Part shown: piece after piece, positions 51,985-64,000 of the stretch
Numbering within the stretch: position 1 is the first letter of the stretch
Layout: every line of letters begins with the position of its first letter
NCBI GenBank assembly: GCA_951406725.2
Contig: OX597840.1
Span: forward strand, 17,856,001 to 17,920,000
From: Octopus vulgaris
Lineage: Eukaryota
DNA: 64,000 bases
Reading direction: 5' to 3'
Notes under the pieces: model-generated
The model's database searches: none
What the model was told of the DNA's origin: nothing
What the model saw: only the letters and a program-made list of their open reading frames with translations
Translations under genes and position numbers: made by a program

Positions 51985-52127
51985 CTAATTTTGGCACAGG
52001 GTCTGAAATTTTGAAGAGTGGGGGGGAGTCAGTCACATCGAACCCCAGTGTTTGACTGGTTCTTATTTTATTGACCTTGAAAGAATGAAAGGCAAAGTTG
52101 ACCTTAGTGGAATTTGAACTCAGCACA
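51985..52127 (-). mobile_element. SINE family B 3' part
   Basis: gaatgaaaggcaaagttgacc..ggaatttgaactcag. Confidence 0.72.
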
Positions 52128-52245
52128 TAAGTACAGGGTGTCCCAGGATTAACTATTTCAGTGAAATCAGACAATTTTTTTAAAAGCTCACTTTTATTTA
52201 TGTTCATCATGTCTAATATGTGTAAAAAGAGTATAAATTTTTTAT

Positions 52246-52526
52246 TTTACTCTTTACTCTTTTACTTGTTTCAGTCATTTGATTGTGGCCATGCTGGAGC
52301 ACCGCCTTTAGTTGAGCAAATTGGCCCCAGGACTTATTCTATCAGTCTCTTTTGCCGAACTGCTAAGTTACAGGGACGTAAACACACCAGCATCGGTTGT
52401 CAAGCGATGTTGGGGGGAACAAACACAGACACACATACATATATATACATATATACGACAGGCTTCTTTCAGTTTCTGTCTACCAAATCCACTCACAAGG
52501 CTTTGGTCAGCCCGAGGCTATTGTAG
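52246..52526 (-). mobile_element. SINE family A, head missing
   Basis: Reverse complement of the consensus. Confidence 0.86.
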
Positions 52527-52527
52527 A

Positions 52528-53046
52528 AATAATTCAATAGTGAAAGACATTATCTATATTATATAGAAAAAATTTAAATATACTATATAATTAATATTAT
52601 TCAACTGGAATTCTTCAATAAAATAAGTTATGATTGTATTTTTCATTAATATTGTTTATATTTTAATCAATTATTTATTGTTAAGATACGTATATTTCTA
52701 TATTTCTTTGTTAATTATTGTATGTTAAGATACATACATTTATTTTATTATTATTTTAGACCTGAAGAGTGGCTATATTTTTAAATTGAATTAATTTTAA
52801 TAGTAACGATTTTATGCATGTAGTCCATTTGATGTTTATTTAATTTAGGGATTTTTTTTAAATAATATTAATTATACAGTATATTTAAATTTTTTTCCAT
52901 GTAATAAAGATAATGTCTATCACTATGGAATTGCTTAATAGAGGTTATTTCTCTTAATTATATACATATATTATATATTGTGAAATGTGATTTAGAATTG
53001 CTAAATTGAATTTTTCCACGTAAGTTTGGAATTATATTCCCTACTC

Positions 53047-53050
<4 letters not shown>
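52528..53050 (+). mobile_element. AT-rich PLE-type element with ~75-bp inverted repeat and degenerate HHR
   Basis: 52528-52602 vs 52861-52935 inverted; GAC-CTGAAGA-GTGGCTA..TAGTAAC-gatttt-ATGCAT-GTA-GTC; 52826-52945 homologous to 5323-5447. Confidence 0.55.

Positions 53051-53135
<85 letters not shown>
53048..53135. repeat. (ATT)n microsatellite
   Basis: Direct inspection. Confidence 0.97.
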
Positions 53136-53142
<7 letters not shown>

Positions 53143-53226
53143 CATATATATATATATATATAAGCAAGTAAGCTAATAGTAGAATCTCTGTACAAGAAGA
53201 ACACAGTAGCTGTTCTGGCAAGTAAA

Positions 53227-53440
53227 GTTTGTTGCCACACCAACATGGCTGTTCTGTTCAAATGGATGTTACTGCAATCTTTCAATTAATAGCCAGGAAT
53301 CTGATAAATTGCAAGCGGGGGAGTCAAATATCGGATGTAGGTGTGTATCGTAAATCAGCCAGAGGAAATGTCCTCTTGGGGTTAAAAAATCACAGTAACG
53401 TCCATTCAAACTGAATAGCCATGTTGAAGTGGCCACAAAC
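53227..53440. mobile_element. Foldback/MITE related to 29651-29942
   Basis: Shared tgtcctcttggggttaaaaaat..agtaac..gccatgttgaag..acaaac terminus; own TIRs. Confidence 0.72.
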
Positions 53441-53540
53441 ATGTATATATAGAGAGAGAAATAGATATATAATACACATATATGTATAGACATATGCGTC
53501 TATATCTATATCTCTCTCTCTCTCTATCTATATATATATC

Positions 53541-53890
53541 TGTTGTAGTGGAAATGGTACACCTCTCTCATGAGACAAGTGGTATGAACCAGTCATTGTA
53601 AAGTAAAACGACATCAATCAGCACAGGAGTCGTGTGTCAGTCGTTGTAGAGTTGTTGTACAAGTTCTCAGTTGGTGTTAAGCGTCAGTTATGTGTTATAG
53701 TCGAGTTTGAGCCAAAGTCAAAGTAGACGGTTCAAATTCAGTGTCTTGCAGAGCTATCAGCGATAGCACGATAGATGAAGCAGTGTACTACCATTCTGAT
53801 GTGGAAAGAGATACACTCCATCTGATACCAAGAAAATATTATGGCTACTAGAGTAGATACGACAGCTACAGTTACAACAGTGGCCACCCA
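53541..53890 (+). mobile_element. Probable LTR (Gypsy-like) followed by a PBS-like motif
   Basis: TGTTGTA...TACAACA termini (53541-53879) followed by gTGGCCACCC. Confidence 0.45.
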
Positions 53891-53921
53891 TCATAACTGT
53901 GGAAAACACCACATCGTAACA

Positions 53922-54440
<519 letters not shown>

Positions 54441-54463
54441 GATATATATATATACATATATCC

Positions 54464-54567
<104 letters not shown>

Positions 54568-55024
54568 CTATCTAGCTAGCTATTTAACTCTGTATGTGTG
54601 TGTGTGTGCGTGTGCACAGGCTTATATATTTTGTTCTTCATGTACTTTCTAATTGCTCGTTGTTTGTATACTTGCCTTATTATTCCAAAGGCTGTAAGTG
54701 TTACATAGAAACCATTTCATTAAAATGGCTGCTATTTTCATATAATTTCTGTTGTCTAGACAACTCTGTTGTAGTTGGTAGATTGTCAAATATTACACAC
54801 ACACACATGCATACACATATGTATGCATGTATGTATGTATATCTATGTGTATACATGTATGTGTATGTGTGTGTACTGTATATATAGAAAAGGAAAGAAA
54901 CACACATATATATACATATATGAAAACAGAAAAGAGTGTGTGTGTGTGTCTATATATATTTTTTTTTTCTGTAGTTTTAGCTCAGAGTTGTGGCCATGCT
55001 GATGCACTGCCATTTATGTATGTA

Positions 55025-55084
<60 letters not shown>

Positions 55085-55228
55085 TAGATAGATATATACA
55101 CACATACACACACGCTCATATAAATTTATACCCTCTTCTATTTTCATATAACTATATATGTGTGTATTTCTTACTTTTCTTTTCTATATATGATTCTGTG
55201 TTTGTGTGTGTGTGTGTTTGTGTGTGTG

Positions 55229-55262
<34 letters not shown>

Positions 55263-55429
55263 CATGTGTTCTATGGCCACAAATAAACCAATTCTCTAAT
55301 TCTAGACGATTGTTAATATTCTTCGTCCCAATATTCTCAGCATTTTTATCAGCAAAATGTATTTTTCCTCGTTAATTCTCCTCAACTTTAATTCAAGCTA
55401 ACATTTTCATTTGCCAAAATTTCAATTCT

Positions 55430-55672
55430 TTTATGCTTTTATTCCTTTATTTGTTTCAGTCAGTGGACTGTGGCCATGCTGGGGCAGTGCTTTGAAGAAT
55501 TTTTAGTCGAATTAATTGACCCCACCCCCCAGGACCTATTTTTCTCTTTAAGCCTGGTAGTTATTTTATTAGTCTTTTATTGCCGATTTGTTAAATTAGA
55601 AATATGTAAACATACCAGCACAGGTTGTAAAGTGTTGATTGGAAACAAATTCACACACAGTGCTCCAGCATG
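55430..55672 (-). mobile_element. SINE family A 3' half (diverged)
   Basis: ttgtttcagtc..gactgtggccatgctggggca. Confidence 0.7.
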
Positions 55673-55710
55673 AAACATTAAAATATAAAAGAAAGAATAT
55701 ATATATATAA

Positions 55711-56790
55711 TATCATCATCACCATCATCATCATCACCATCGTCATCATCATCATCATCATCATCACTTAACGTCCATTGTCCATGCTGGCATGGGTTGG
55801 ACGTTTTGACCAGGGTTGGCAAGCTGGAAGGCTGCACCAGACTTCAGCCTGATCTGGCATGGTTTCTACAGCTAGATGCCCTTCCTAATGCCAACCACTC
55901 CGAGAGTGTAATGGGTGTTTTTGCATGCCACCAGCATGGGTGCCATTTGCAGCCATGACTGCGATTTTACTCAGCTTGATGCGTCTCCTTCTCAAGCACG
56001 ACATAATGCCAAAGGTCTCAGTCATTGCCTCCATGAGGCCCAATACTCAAAAAGAGCTTTTCACGTGCCACTGGCATCAGCCACTCTGCTTCTGTGAGGC
56101 CCAATGCTCAATAGGTGCTTTTTGCATGCCACCTGCATGGGTGCCAGTTATGGGACACCAGAATCCTCCACAACTACGATTTCACTCAGCTTGATAGGTC
56201 TTCTCAAGCACAGTACATCACCAAAGGTCTTGGCCATTAGTCATTGCCTCTGTGAGGCCTAAGGTTTGAAGATCATGTTTCACCACCTTGTCCCATGTCT
56301 TCCTGGGTCTACCTCTACCACAGGTTCCCTCCACAGTTAGAGATCAGCACTTCTTTACAGATTTATGTCCACATGCATCACATGAGCAGACCAGCACAGT
56401 CATCTCTCTTGCATGCCACATCTGATTCCTCTTATGCCAAACTTTTCTCTTGAGATGTTTACACTCTGTTGAACATGCACCCTAACATTGCACATCCAGT
56501 GAAGCATACTGGCTTAATGTCTTTCAAGCTTACACATGTCCTTGTCACAGCCTATGTTTTACTGCCATGTAGCATAGCTGTTCACACACAGGCATCATAC
56601 AATCTGCTTTTCACTCTGAAGAAGAGGCCCTTTGTTGCCAGCAGGGGTAGAAGCCCTCTGAACTTTGCCCAGCCTAATCTTATTCTCACAGCTACACTCT
56701 CGGAGCATCTGCCTCTGCTACTAACTTGGTCACCTAGATAACAGAAGCTATCTATTACCTCTGGCTTACCCACCTGGCAGTTGATGGAGT
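55711..56790 (-). mobile_element. RTE-clade LINE 3' fragment (ORF C-terminus, 3' UTR, (GAT)n tail)
   Basis: EVIDSFCYLGDQVSSRGRCSESVAVRIRLGWAKFRGLLPLL..RLYDACV; downstream PRKTWDKVVKHDL. Confidence 0.88.
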
Positions 56791-56839
56791 CTATTTTCTA
56801 TCGAAGTGTACAGTATTGTATATCCATTATGGCCAATCT

Positions 56840-56919
56840 TACCAATCGATTTCACACAAGGGATTTAACAGAGTGTTAGGTAACAGCCCGATTATATAAC
56901 ACTGTGCTCATCAGAGGTA
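56840..56919 (-). ncRNA. Hammerhead-like ribozyme (copy 2 of the 36802 family)
   Basis: TACCT-CTGATGA-GCACA...TGTGT-GAAA-TCGA-TT-GGTA; palindromic ATCGAT stem III; stem I needs a 1-nt bulge. Confidence 0.55.
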
Positions 56920-56971
56920 GTCATTATGGAATGAAATATATATATATATATATATATGCACACATACAAGC

Positions 56972-57120
56972 AACAGGCTTATTTTTAGTTTCTGTCTACC
57001 AAATTCATTCACACGGCTTTGGTTGCCTTGAGGCTATTGTAAAATGTGCCATGTAGTGGGACTGAACCCAGAGCCAAGTGGCTGGGAACCAAACATCTTA
57101 TTACACAGCCATACCTCCGC
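56972..57120 (-). mobile_element. SINE family A 5' half (diverged)
   Basis: agtgggactgaaccc..acacagcca. Confidence 0.7.
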
Positions 57121-57535
57121 TTATGTGTAAATAAGTGAAATAACTTGCTAGCTTTTGTCCATCATATAGATTTTTTTCATTTCTATCTTGTTATATATGA
57201 ACATCCACCATATTTTGGGGGACAATTTCACTTTTCATTAAATGGTTTTTTATCGAAGCGAAATTTCATCAAAATTACTGTTTGTCAAAACAGTTTTTTA
57301 TCAAAATAGTCATTTTATTGAAACAATAACTTTATAGATAAATGGCAAGGATGGTGGTGGTGGTCATAATAGTGGTGATGTTAGCAGAGTGTTGGGTATG
57401 TTTCACTGGCGCCAATTAAGACATCAAAGATGTGGCAGGATTTGTTTTGAAATTATGTGAATTTCTTTTGGAGAAAGACACAAGGCAGAGGAGAGAGAGG
57501 GGGGGAGAAAGAAAGATAAGGGGAGAGGGAGAGAA

Positions 57536-57566
<31 letters not shown>

Positions 57567-57617
57567 GAAAGAGACAGAGACAGAGAGAAGGAATGAGTTA
57601 AGAATGGGTGAATAAGA

Positions 57618-57755
57618 GCGAGCAGTGGAGTGCCAGAATCATTAGAACGTCGAACAAAATACCATGTGGTGTTTCTGTGGAGTCCCTTATGGCCTGAGTT
57701 CAAATCCCACTGAGATTAATTTTGCTTTTCATCCTTTCAGTGTTGATAAAATACT
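57618..57755 (+). mobile_element. SINE family B (diverged)
   Basis: gccagaatcattag..ctgagttcaaatccc..ttttcatcctttc. Confidence 0.68.
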
Positions 57756-58002
57756 ATCATTATATCTGCTATCTTCGTCGTTGTCATCATCATCACAGTC
57801 ATCACTTGTCTGTTTCATCAGCCAGCATCAGTATCCGATCACTCCCACCACCACCACTATCATTGTTACCATTGCTGTCGTCATCATCCTGCTTGTCCTC
57901 CTCCATCTCCCCTTCCACTTCCTTCTCCTCATCTTCACTATCTTCATCATATTTACCACCACCACAACCATCACCACCACCAACATCACCATCATCATCA
58001 GA

Positions 58003-58166
58003 TGCAGATGTGGCTGTGCGATAAGAAGCTTGCTTCCCAACCACATGGTTCCAGGTTCAGTCACACTGTGTGGCAACTTGAGCAGGTCTCTTCTACTATA
58101 ACCTCGGCTTACCAAAGCCTTGTGAGTGGATTTGATTGACAGAAATTGAAAGAAGCCCGTAGTATA

Positions 58167-58216
<50 letters not shown>

Positions 58217-58400
58217 TACATATATGTATATGTTTGTATGCTGGTGTGTTTAGGTCCCTGTAACTTAGCGGTTCAGCAAAAGAGACTGATAGAATAAGTA
58301 CTAACTAGGCTTACAAAGAATAAGTCCTGGGGTCGATTTGCTCGACTAAAGGCAGTGCTCCAGCATGGCCACAGTCAAATGACTAAAACAAGTAAAAGAG
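58003..58400 (+). mobile_element. SINE family A
   Basis: Consensus. Confidence 0.88.
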
Positions 58401-58609
58401 TGCTCCACTTCATTAACAATGTGTTAAATTAGATTATGTTAAATTAGATTTAGCCATATACAGAATGCGATGATCATACTGATACGTTTATGTTAATGTT
58501 CTGGCAGTGGTTGATAGATTTGTGTACAGTTATACACATCTAAATATACCACGTTTTAATGTTATCTCTACAGATTTTTCAAAGAAATAAGATGGATAAG
58601 TGGATTGGC

Positions 58610-58852
58610 AGATGGATGGATGGAGGGATGGATGGGTGGACGGATTGATTGATTGAGATGGATGAGTGAGTGAATGGATAAATGCATAAATAAATAGGTA
58701 GGTAGATAGCTAGATGGATGGAAAGATAGACAGTCAGACAGACTGGCAGATAGATCGATAGATCGATAGATAGATAGATAGATAGATAGATAGACTGGCA
58801 GATAGGCAGAGAGATGGACAGGCAGGCAGGCAGGCAGACAGACAGACAGACT

Positions 58853-58934
<82 letters not shown>

Positions 58935-59007
58935 CTGGCAGATAGGCAGACAGACAGATTGGCAGGCAGACAGACAGACAGACAGACAGACTGACAGACA
59001 GACAGAA

Positions 59008-59091
<84 letters not shown>

Positions 59092-59125
59092 TGACAGACA
59101 GGCATGCAGGCAGGCAGGCAGACAG
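58610..59125. repeat. (GATA)n/(GACA)n/(GGCA)n compound tetranucleotide array
   Basis: Direct inspection. Confidence 0.95.
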
Positions 59126-59267
59126 ATAAATAACTAAACAGGTCAGAAAACCTAGACATCTTTCCAACAATGTTCTCTCTCTCTCTCAACTGCTTTGTTT
59201 GTTTGGAAAACCTGAAATTCTTGTTCAGAAGCATTTTTTTTTAATAATGATCTTGCCACACCTTCAT

Positions 59268-59290
59268 CAGTAGTAGTAGCAGTAGCAGCT

Positions 59291-59345
<55 letters not shown>

Positions 59346-59470
59346 CAGTAGTAGTAGCAGCAGCAGCAGCAGCAGGGGTAGCAGCAGCAGCAGTAGCAGC
59401 AGCAGCAGCAACAGCAGGGGTAGCAGCAGCAGCAGCAACAGCAGGGGTAGCAGCAGAGGTAGTAGTATTA
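59268..59470. repeat. (AGT)n/(AGC)n microsatellite
   Basis: Direct inspection. Confidence 0.95.
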
Positions 59471-59849
59471 GTAGTTGCTGATGGTGTTCTGTCCTTGGTC
59501 AGTTTTGATTGGAAAGGCGCAAGACGCATTGAGACACACACCATGGTTGCATATTGATTATCTGAAGAAGATCAGTGGCGAAGAATAATTATTTTGTTGG
59601 GAAAAAAAGAACAAACTGATTGATCGGATAATTGATCTGATCTTAAACAAAAGGAAGCCATGCTACACATAATTACAAACACTGAGAACTTATTCAGCTG
59701 GCCAGAAATGCCTGAGGCTGCTTCTCAAAGATTGAACCCTTCTCTTAAATGGGGCCAAAAGGCCTCTCATTGGATGTCTTCAGTTTAGCATCGTCTCTCT
59801 GCAAAGTGGTGGTGAGAGACTTATTGGTTCATTTTGTACAATATTAGAT

Positions 59850-60366
59850 AAGTTTGATCTCCTACCACATGATTTCAGGTTCAGTCCCACTGCATGGCAC
59901 CTTGAGCAAGTGTCTTCTAATATAGCCTTGGGGCCTTGTGAGTGGATTTGATAGACAGATATTGAAAGGGGCCCATCATGTGTATGTAGATATGTATAAC
60001 ACGGAACAAAAACGCAATAGAGGACAATAAAACATTTGGACAGATAGACAATACAAAGGTAGACAGGTGAAGCAACAATTAGATGGGTCATTTGTGGCCT
60101 TCTTTCCTCAGTCAAGTTACCAGAAGTCCTTACTGTTTCAGGTGCATATATATATTTATATATGCGTGTGTGTGTGTGCATTTGTCTCTCACCACCACTT
60201 GACAAATGGTGTTGGTGTGTTTATGTTCCTGTAACTTAGTGGTTCATTCAAAAGAGACTAACCAAACTTAAAAAGTCCCTGAGTCAGTTCATTTTACTAA
60301 AAATTCTTCAAGGCAGTGCCCCAGCATGGCCACTGTCTGATGGCTTAAAGAAGCAAAAGATAAAAG
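59850..60366 (+). mobile_element. SINE family A with ~145-bp insertion in its central microsatellite
   Basis: Head 59850-59985, foreign segment ~59998-60145, tail 60170-60366. Confidence 0.75.
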
Positions 60367-60659
60367 ATGTGTAGGCTTGTTTTCAATTAGTCCTTTGACA
60401 CTCACTTCATTAAATATATCAATACTAATTTAATTACTGTTTTTTTTATGTGGATGGCATCCATGAGTAATTAATCCTCTGTGTATTAATTGATTTAGAA
60501 AAGCTAATCTCAGCCCCAAAATACCCTCCCTACCCAAACAACTGGTGATTGTCCATTGTTGGCCTTGATTGAGGCTGACAATGGAGTAGTGTGCCACCTA
60601 CACTTGTGACACAAGTGTGGGCAGTGCCACCTGTGTGACTGAGCTGCCCAAGTCAGCCC

Positions 60660-61431
60660 TTGAGTTTGCCATCATCTTCCCTGCTGATGAAACAACCTTG
60701 GCTTTCTTTGGGACCTGATGAGGAGGGATTTTTCTACTGTTTGAATTGTCTCTTTGTCTCTGGCTCATAATGATGAATATGACACTCACCAAGGCTTAGG
60801 AAACGCTCAGGGGAACCAGCTGGATCTGCTTCAAACAATGTCAGATTTACCTGTGATATCATCAGCCTGCTATGCTTTTGTTAAGGTATCACAAGACATG
60901 GTGCCTACCAAGAAGAAACTGTCATCATGCCAAGTTCATTGTGCAGAATAATCTCAACTCTCTTATGAGATATGCTAATAGCATCGGCCTTTGGATTTAC
61001 AGTCAGTTGCCTGTCATTATCATGTGATGAACACAATGTTTAACTCAGTGGTGGCAGCCGCAGGACATCCAGAGCTGAGGTCATCTTCAAAACTTCCCTT
61101 CCCCGCCTAAATCCAGCTGTCTACTTTTGCACTGTTGATAAAGCTGGACATTAACCCCTACTGCAGCAGCCATGTCAGCATGAATATCCAGCAGGGGGCG
61201 TTAAGCCCTTTTTCCTCAGTAACTTCATAATACCATGATACCAAATTTTGTTGATTTTCAAAAGAAATCGTTAAGAGTTACTTTTGAAGTCTTCTTTGAA
61301 CAGTCAGAAGTCAGTTTGCCTGGAAAGAAACAATGGAGTTATTAATAAGAAGAGCTGAAATTTATGCAAGAATTCATAGCAGTAGCATCACAATTTCATG
61401 GTCAGCCTAGGAACTTTTCAGCCCAACCTCA
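60660..61431 (-). mobile_element. Mariner transposon 5' portion (degenerate)
   Basis: 5' TIR-like tgaggttgggctgaaaagttcc next to (TA)n; N-terminal ..STVQK..FRRGR..EDDLSSGCP and HHYEPETKRQ..PKKAKVVSSAGKMMA. Confidence 0.82.
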
Positions 61432-61449
61432 TATATATATATATATATG

Positions 61450-61537
61450 CTCTCTTTTACTTGTTACAGTCATTTGACTGCGGCCATGCTAGAGCACTGC
61501 CTTTGATCATGCAAATCGACCCCAGGACTTATTCTTT
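61450..61537 (-). mobile_element. SINE family A tail
   Basis: ttttacttgtt.cagtcatttgactgcggccatgct. Confidence 0.78.
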
Positions 61538-61572
61538 GTGTGTGTGTGTATATATATATATGTGTGTGTGTG

Positions 61573-61604
<32 letters not shown>

Positions 61605-61714
61605 TATGTATACATATACATATATATATCTATATATCTATATATATATATAGATATATATATGTATATGCATACATATACATATATATATATATATATA
61701 CATATGTATATGTA

Positions 61715-61767
<53 letters not shown>

Positions 61768-61772
<5 letters not shown>

Positions 61773-62668
61773 TAGATAAACTTAGATATGTTTCGACCAA
61801 AGATTGGTCCAGGCCATGTCTAACTTAATAGCACCACCTGATAGGATTATTCGAATCCTGTTTAAGTCAAGTTTTGTTTATGGTCCATTCAAGTAGTGAG
61901 TTCTTGTTGGGTGAGTTGTATCCAATTATGGGTGGCTTATCTGGTATTCTTTGAAGGAATCTATCCAGACAACATTTAAAGTTGATGGGATCCTTTTCCT
62001 CTTTGATCTCTTTCGGGACAATGTTAAATAGGGCAGGACCTGTTGAGGAAAAGAAATTATGTTGCAGTGTACATGTATGCTTGAATTGGGCAGGGGACGT
62101 ATGGCCCAAGGTCCCAGTCTTGGATGAACCTTGAAGCTAATGTTCAGGTCGTTTGGGCAAAGTTGGCGGTATATTCTCCACATCGTACAAATGATGTACC
62201 GCTCACAGCGACGCTGGAGAGAGTAAAGTTTCAAGGCTTTAAGGCGATCCCAATAATCGAGAGCAGCCATGCCTTCAATTCGTTTAGTGAGTGCCCTCTG
62301 GGGTGACTCAATCCTCGAGATGTTTTGTCTTGTATGGGGAGACCACAGTGGGCAGCAGTATTCGAGGTGTGGCTGTACAAAGGAGGAGAAAAGTGGTATG
62401 ATGACACCTTGTTCTCTGGACCGGAAAGTTCTTAAGATCCAGGAACTCATCCTACGAGCTATATCGACCTTCTTGTTGATGTGTGCACTCCAACTGAGAT
62501 CGTCATCAGCAATTACACCCAGGTCTCTGATATTGTTAGAGGCTGTGAGCGGTTCCCCTGAAGGAAGAGAGTATGGCTGTTTTAGTGAGGAATTTCTTCC
62601 AAAATGCATCAGCTCAAATTTTCCCTCATTCAGTTTGCATTTTGTTTCTGTCTGCCCATTGACTCACA
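61768..62668 (-). pseudogene. CR1/L2-group LINE 3' fragment (post-RT domain, 3' UTR, short tandem tail)
   Basis: ORF 61926-62609: IRDLGV..DDDLSWSAHI..ILRTF..FVQPHLEYCCPLWSP..IESPQR..TK.I..Y.DRLK.L.LYSL.RR; frameshift into LDRFLQRIPDKP; tail atctaagttt twice. Confidence 0.9.
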
Positions 62669-62693
62669 GCATATAGATCATGTAGATATATGT

Positions 62694-62772
<79 letters not shown>

Positions 62773-62785
62773 AAGGGAGATACAT

Positions 62786-62836
<51 letters not shown>

Positions 62837-62872
62837 TACATACATGTATACATTACATATGTATATATTAGC

Positions 62873-62930
<58 letters not shown>

Positions 62931-63461
62931 TTAAATATTTCTTACCCGTTTTTATCAAATTTATCGTTGACAGTTCTGACAGGCCCTGCATAGTTTATTG
63001 TTGCTGTGACCTTGATGAATTCTCTGTTGATCGTGACAACGTGAATGTCTTTTGTTGTTTGTTTTATTAGTAGCTGCCTTCTGTAAAAAAAAAAAGACAA
63101 AAAAAGAAAAGAAAAATGATGAAATAAGAAGCTAAGTATGTAGGCAAAATTTAGAGGGAATAGGATGGGACGAGTTTTCACTGCTTTTTCCGGGTTTATG
63201 TATAAATATAAACCCCAAAATAAGACACTCCTTTTTTTAATGAGTATCACAGAAGGGATAACAGTTCCTCTGTCGTGCACATGTTGGTGCCACTTGTACA
63301 AGTGCTTCACTTTCATTGCAACACGCAGTTATTATTATTATTATTATTGTTATTATTATTATATAATTATAATAATAATAATAATTATTATTATTGTTGC
63401 TATTATTATAGTTATTATTATTATCATTATAATTATTATTATTATCAGTATTATTAAGCAT

Positions 63462-63558
63462 AGGAGTGGCTGTGTATTAAGTAGCTTCCTTACGAACCAC
63501 ATGGTTCCGGGTTCAGTCCCACTGCATGGCACCTTGGGCAAGTGTCTTCTACTATAGC
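63462..63558 (+). mobile_element. SINE family A head
   Basis: Consensus head. Confidence 0.85.
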
Positions 63559-63850
63559 CATGTTTCCAAAGGTGAATTATCCAAACCCCAAAGAATTCCT
63601 CTCAACACATGGCTATGATGCTCCCCCACTACTTCTGCTTGTGATCAGAGATGCACATATCGTCAGCCACTAAGGGACATGCTCAACTGGTTACGGTCAA
63701 ACAACTGACAAGCAAATCTGTGGCATTGAGCAGAATATTTGCTGTAGCCCATCTTTTATACCAAGACAAAACAATGTACATGATAACACTTCCAATCAGT
63801 TAAGATCAGAAGCCATGAGAGCCAGTGCTTGGTACTGCATCAGGGCATTT
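63558..63850 (-). mobile_element. 5' part of an (AAT)n-associated element
   Basis: Begins after (AAT)n with aatgccctgatgcagtacc; ends ggaaacatgg, matching the start of the 28400 segment. Confidence 0.4.
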
Positions 63851-63888
63851 ATTATTATTATTATTATTATCATCATTATTATCATTAC

Positions 63889-63917
<29 letters not shown>

Positions 63918-63919
<2 letters not shown>

Positions 63920-64000
63920 GCAGAATCATTAGCATGCTGGACAAAATGTTTAGCAGTATTTTGCCTGTTGCTACGTTGTGAGTTCAAATGTCACCAAGGT
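63918..64000 (+). mobile_element. SINE family B head
   Basis: agcagaatcattagcatgctggacaaaatg..gagttcaaat. Confidence 0.78.

Noticed and set aside
61785-61815. Hammerhead in the CR1-like 3' UTR (gacca..tggtc-gaaac)
   Set aside because: Hairpin and GAAAC are present but there is no CTGANGA core

Overview
Non-coding, repeat-saturated eukaryotic DNA. The SINE and LINE families look like those of Octopus or another coleoid cephalopod; this is recognised from memory, not from a search. No intact host gene is supported, and almost all listed ORFs are translations of microsatellites ((TA)n, (CA)n, (CAT)n, (ATT)n, (GATA)n) or SINEs. Real coding remnants are all transposon-derived: RTE, RTE-X-like, CR1-like and R4/Dong-like LINE fragments, two mariner elements, a maT/Tc1-like transposase and a Penelope-like element (PLE) with a GIY-YIG endonuclease. 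There are about 40 copies of three tRNA-derived SINE families, a non-autonomous Helitron, MITEs and a probable LTR. The unexpected signal is a set of about ten type-I hammerhead ribozyme (HHR) motifs (CTGANGA - stem II - GAAA - palindromic stem III - NUH - stem I), some intact and some degenerate. They sit in short elements inserted in (TA)n or (AAT)n tracts, often with an inverted partial copy. The best case is a very young 485-bp structured monomer at 37691-38794 with a complete HHR, present as 1.35 tandem copies plus an inverted, circularly permuted copy, i.e. a retrozyme or circular-RNA-like element. A second case joins a tRNA-like Pol III head to an HHR-bearing tail (15482-16101).
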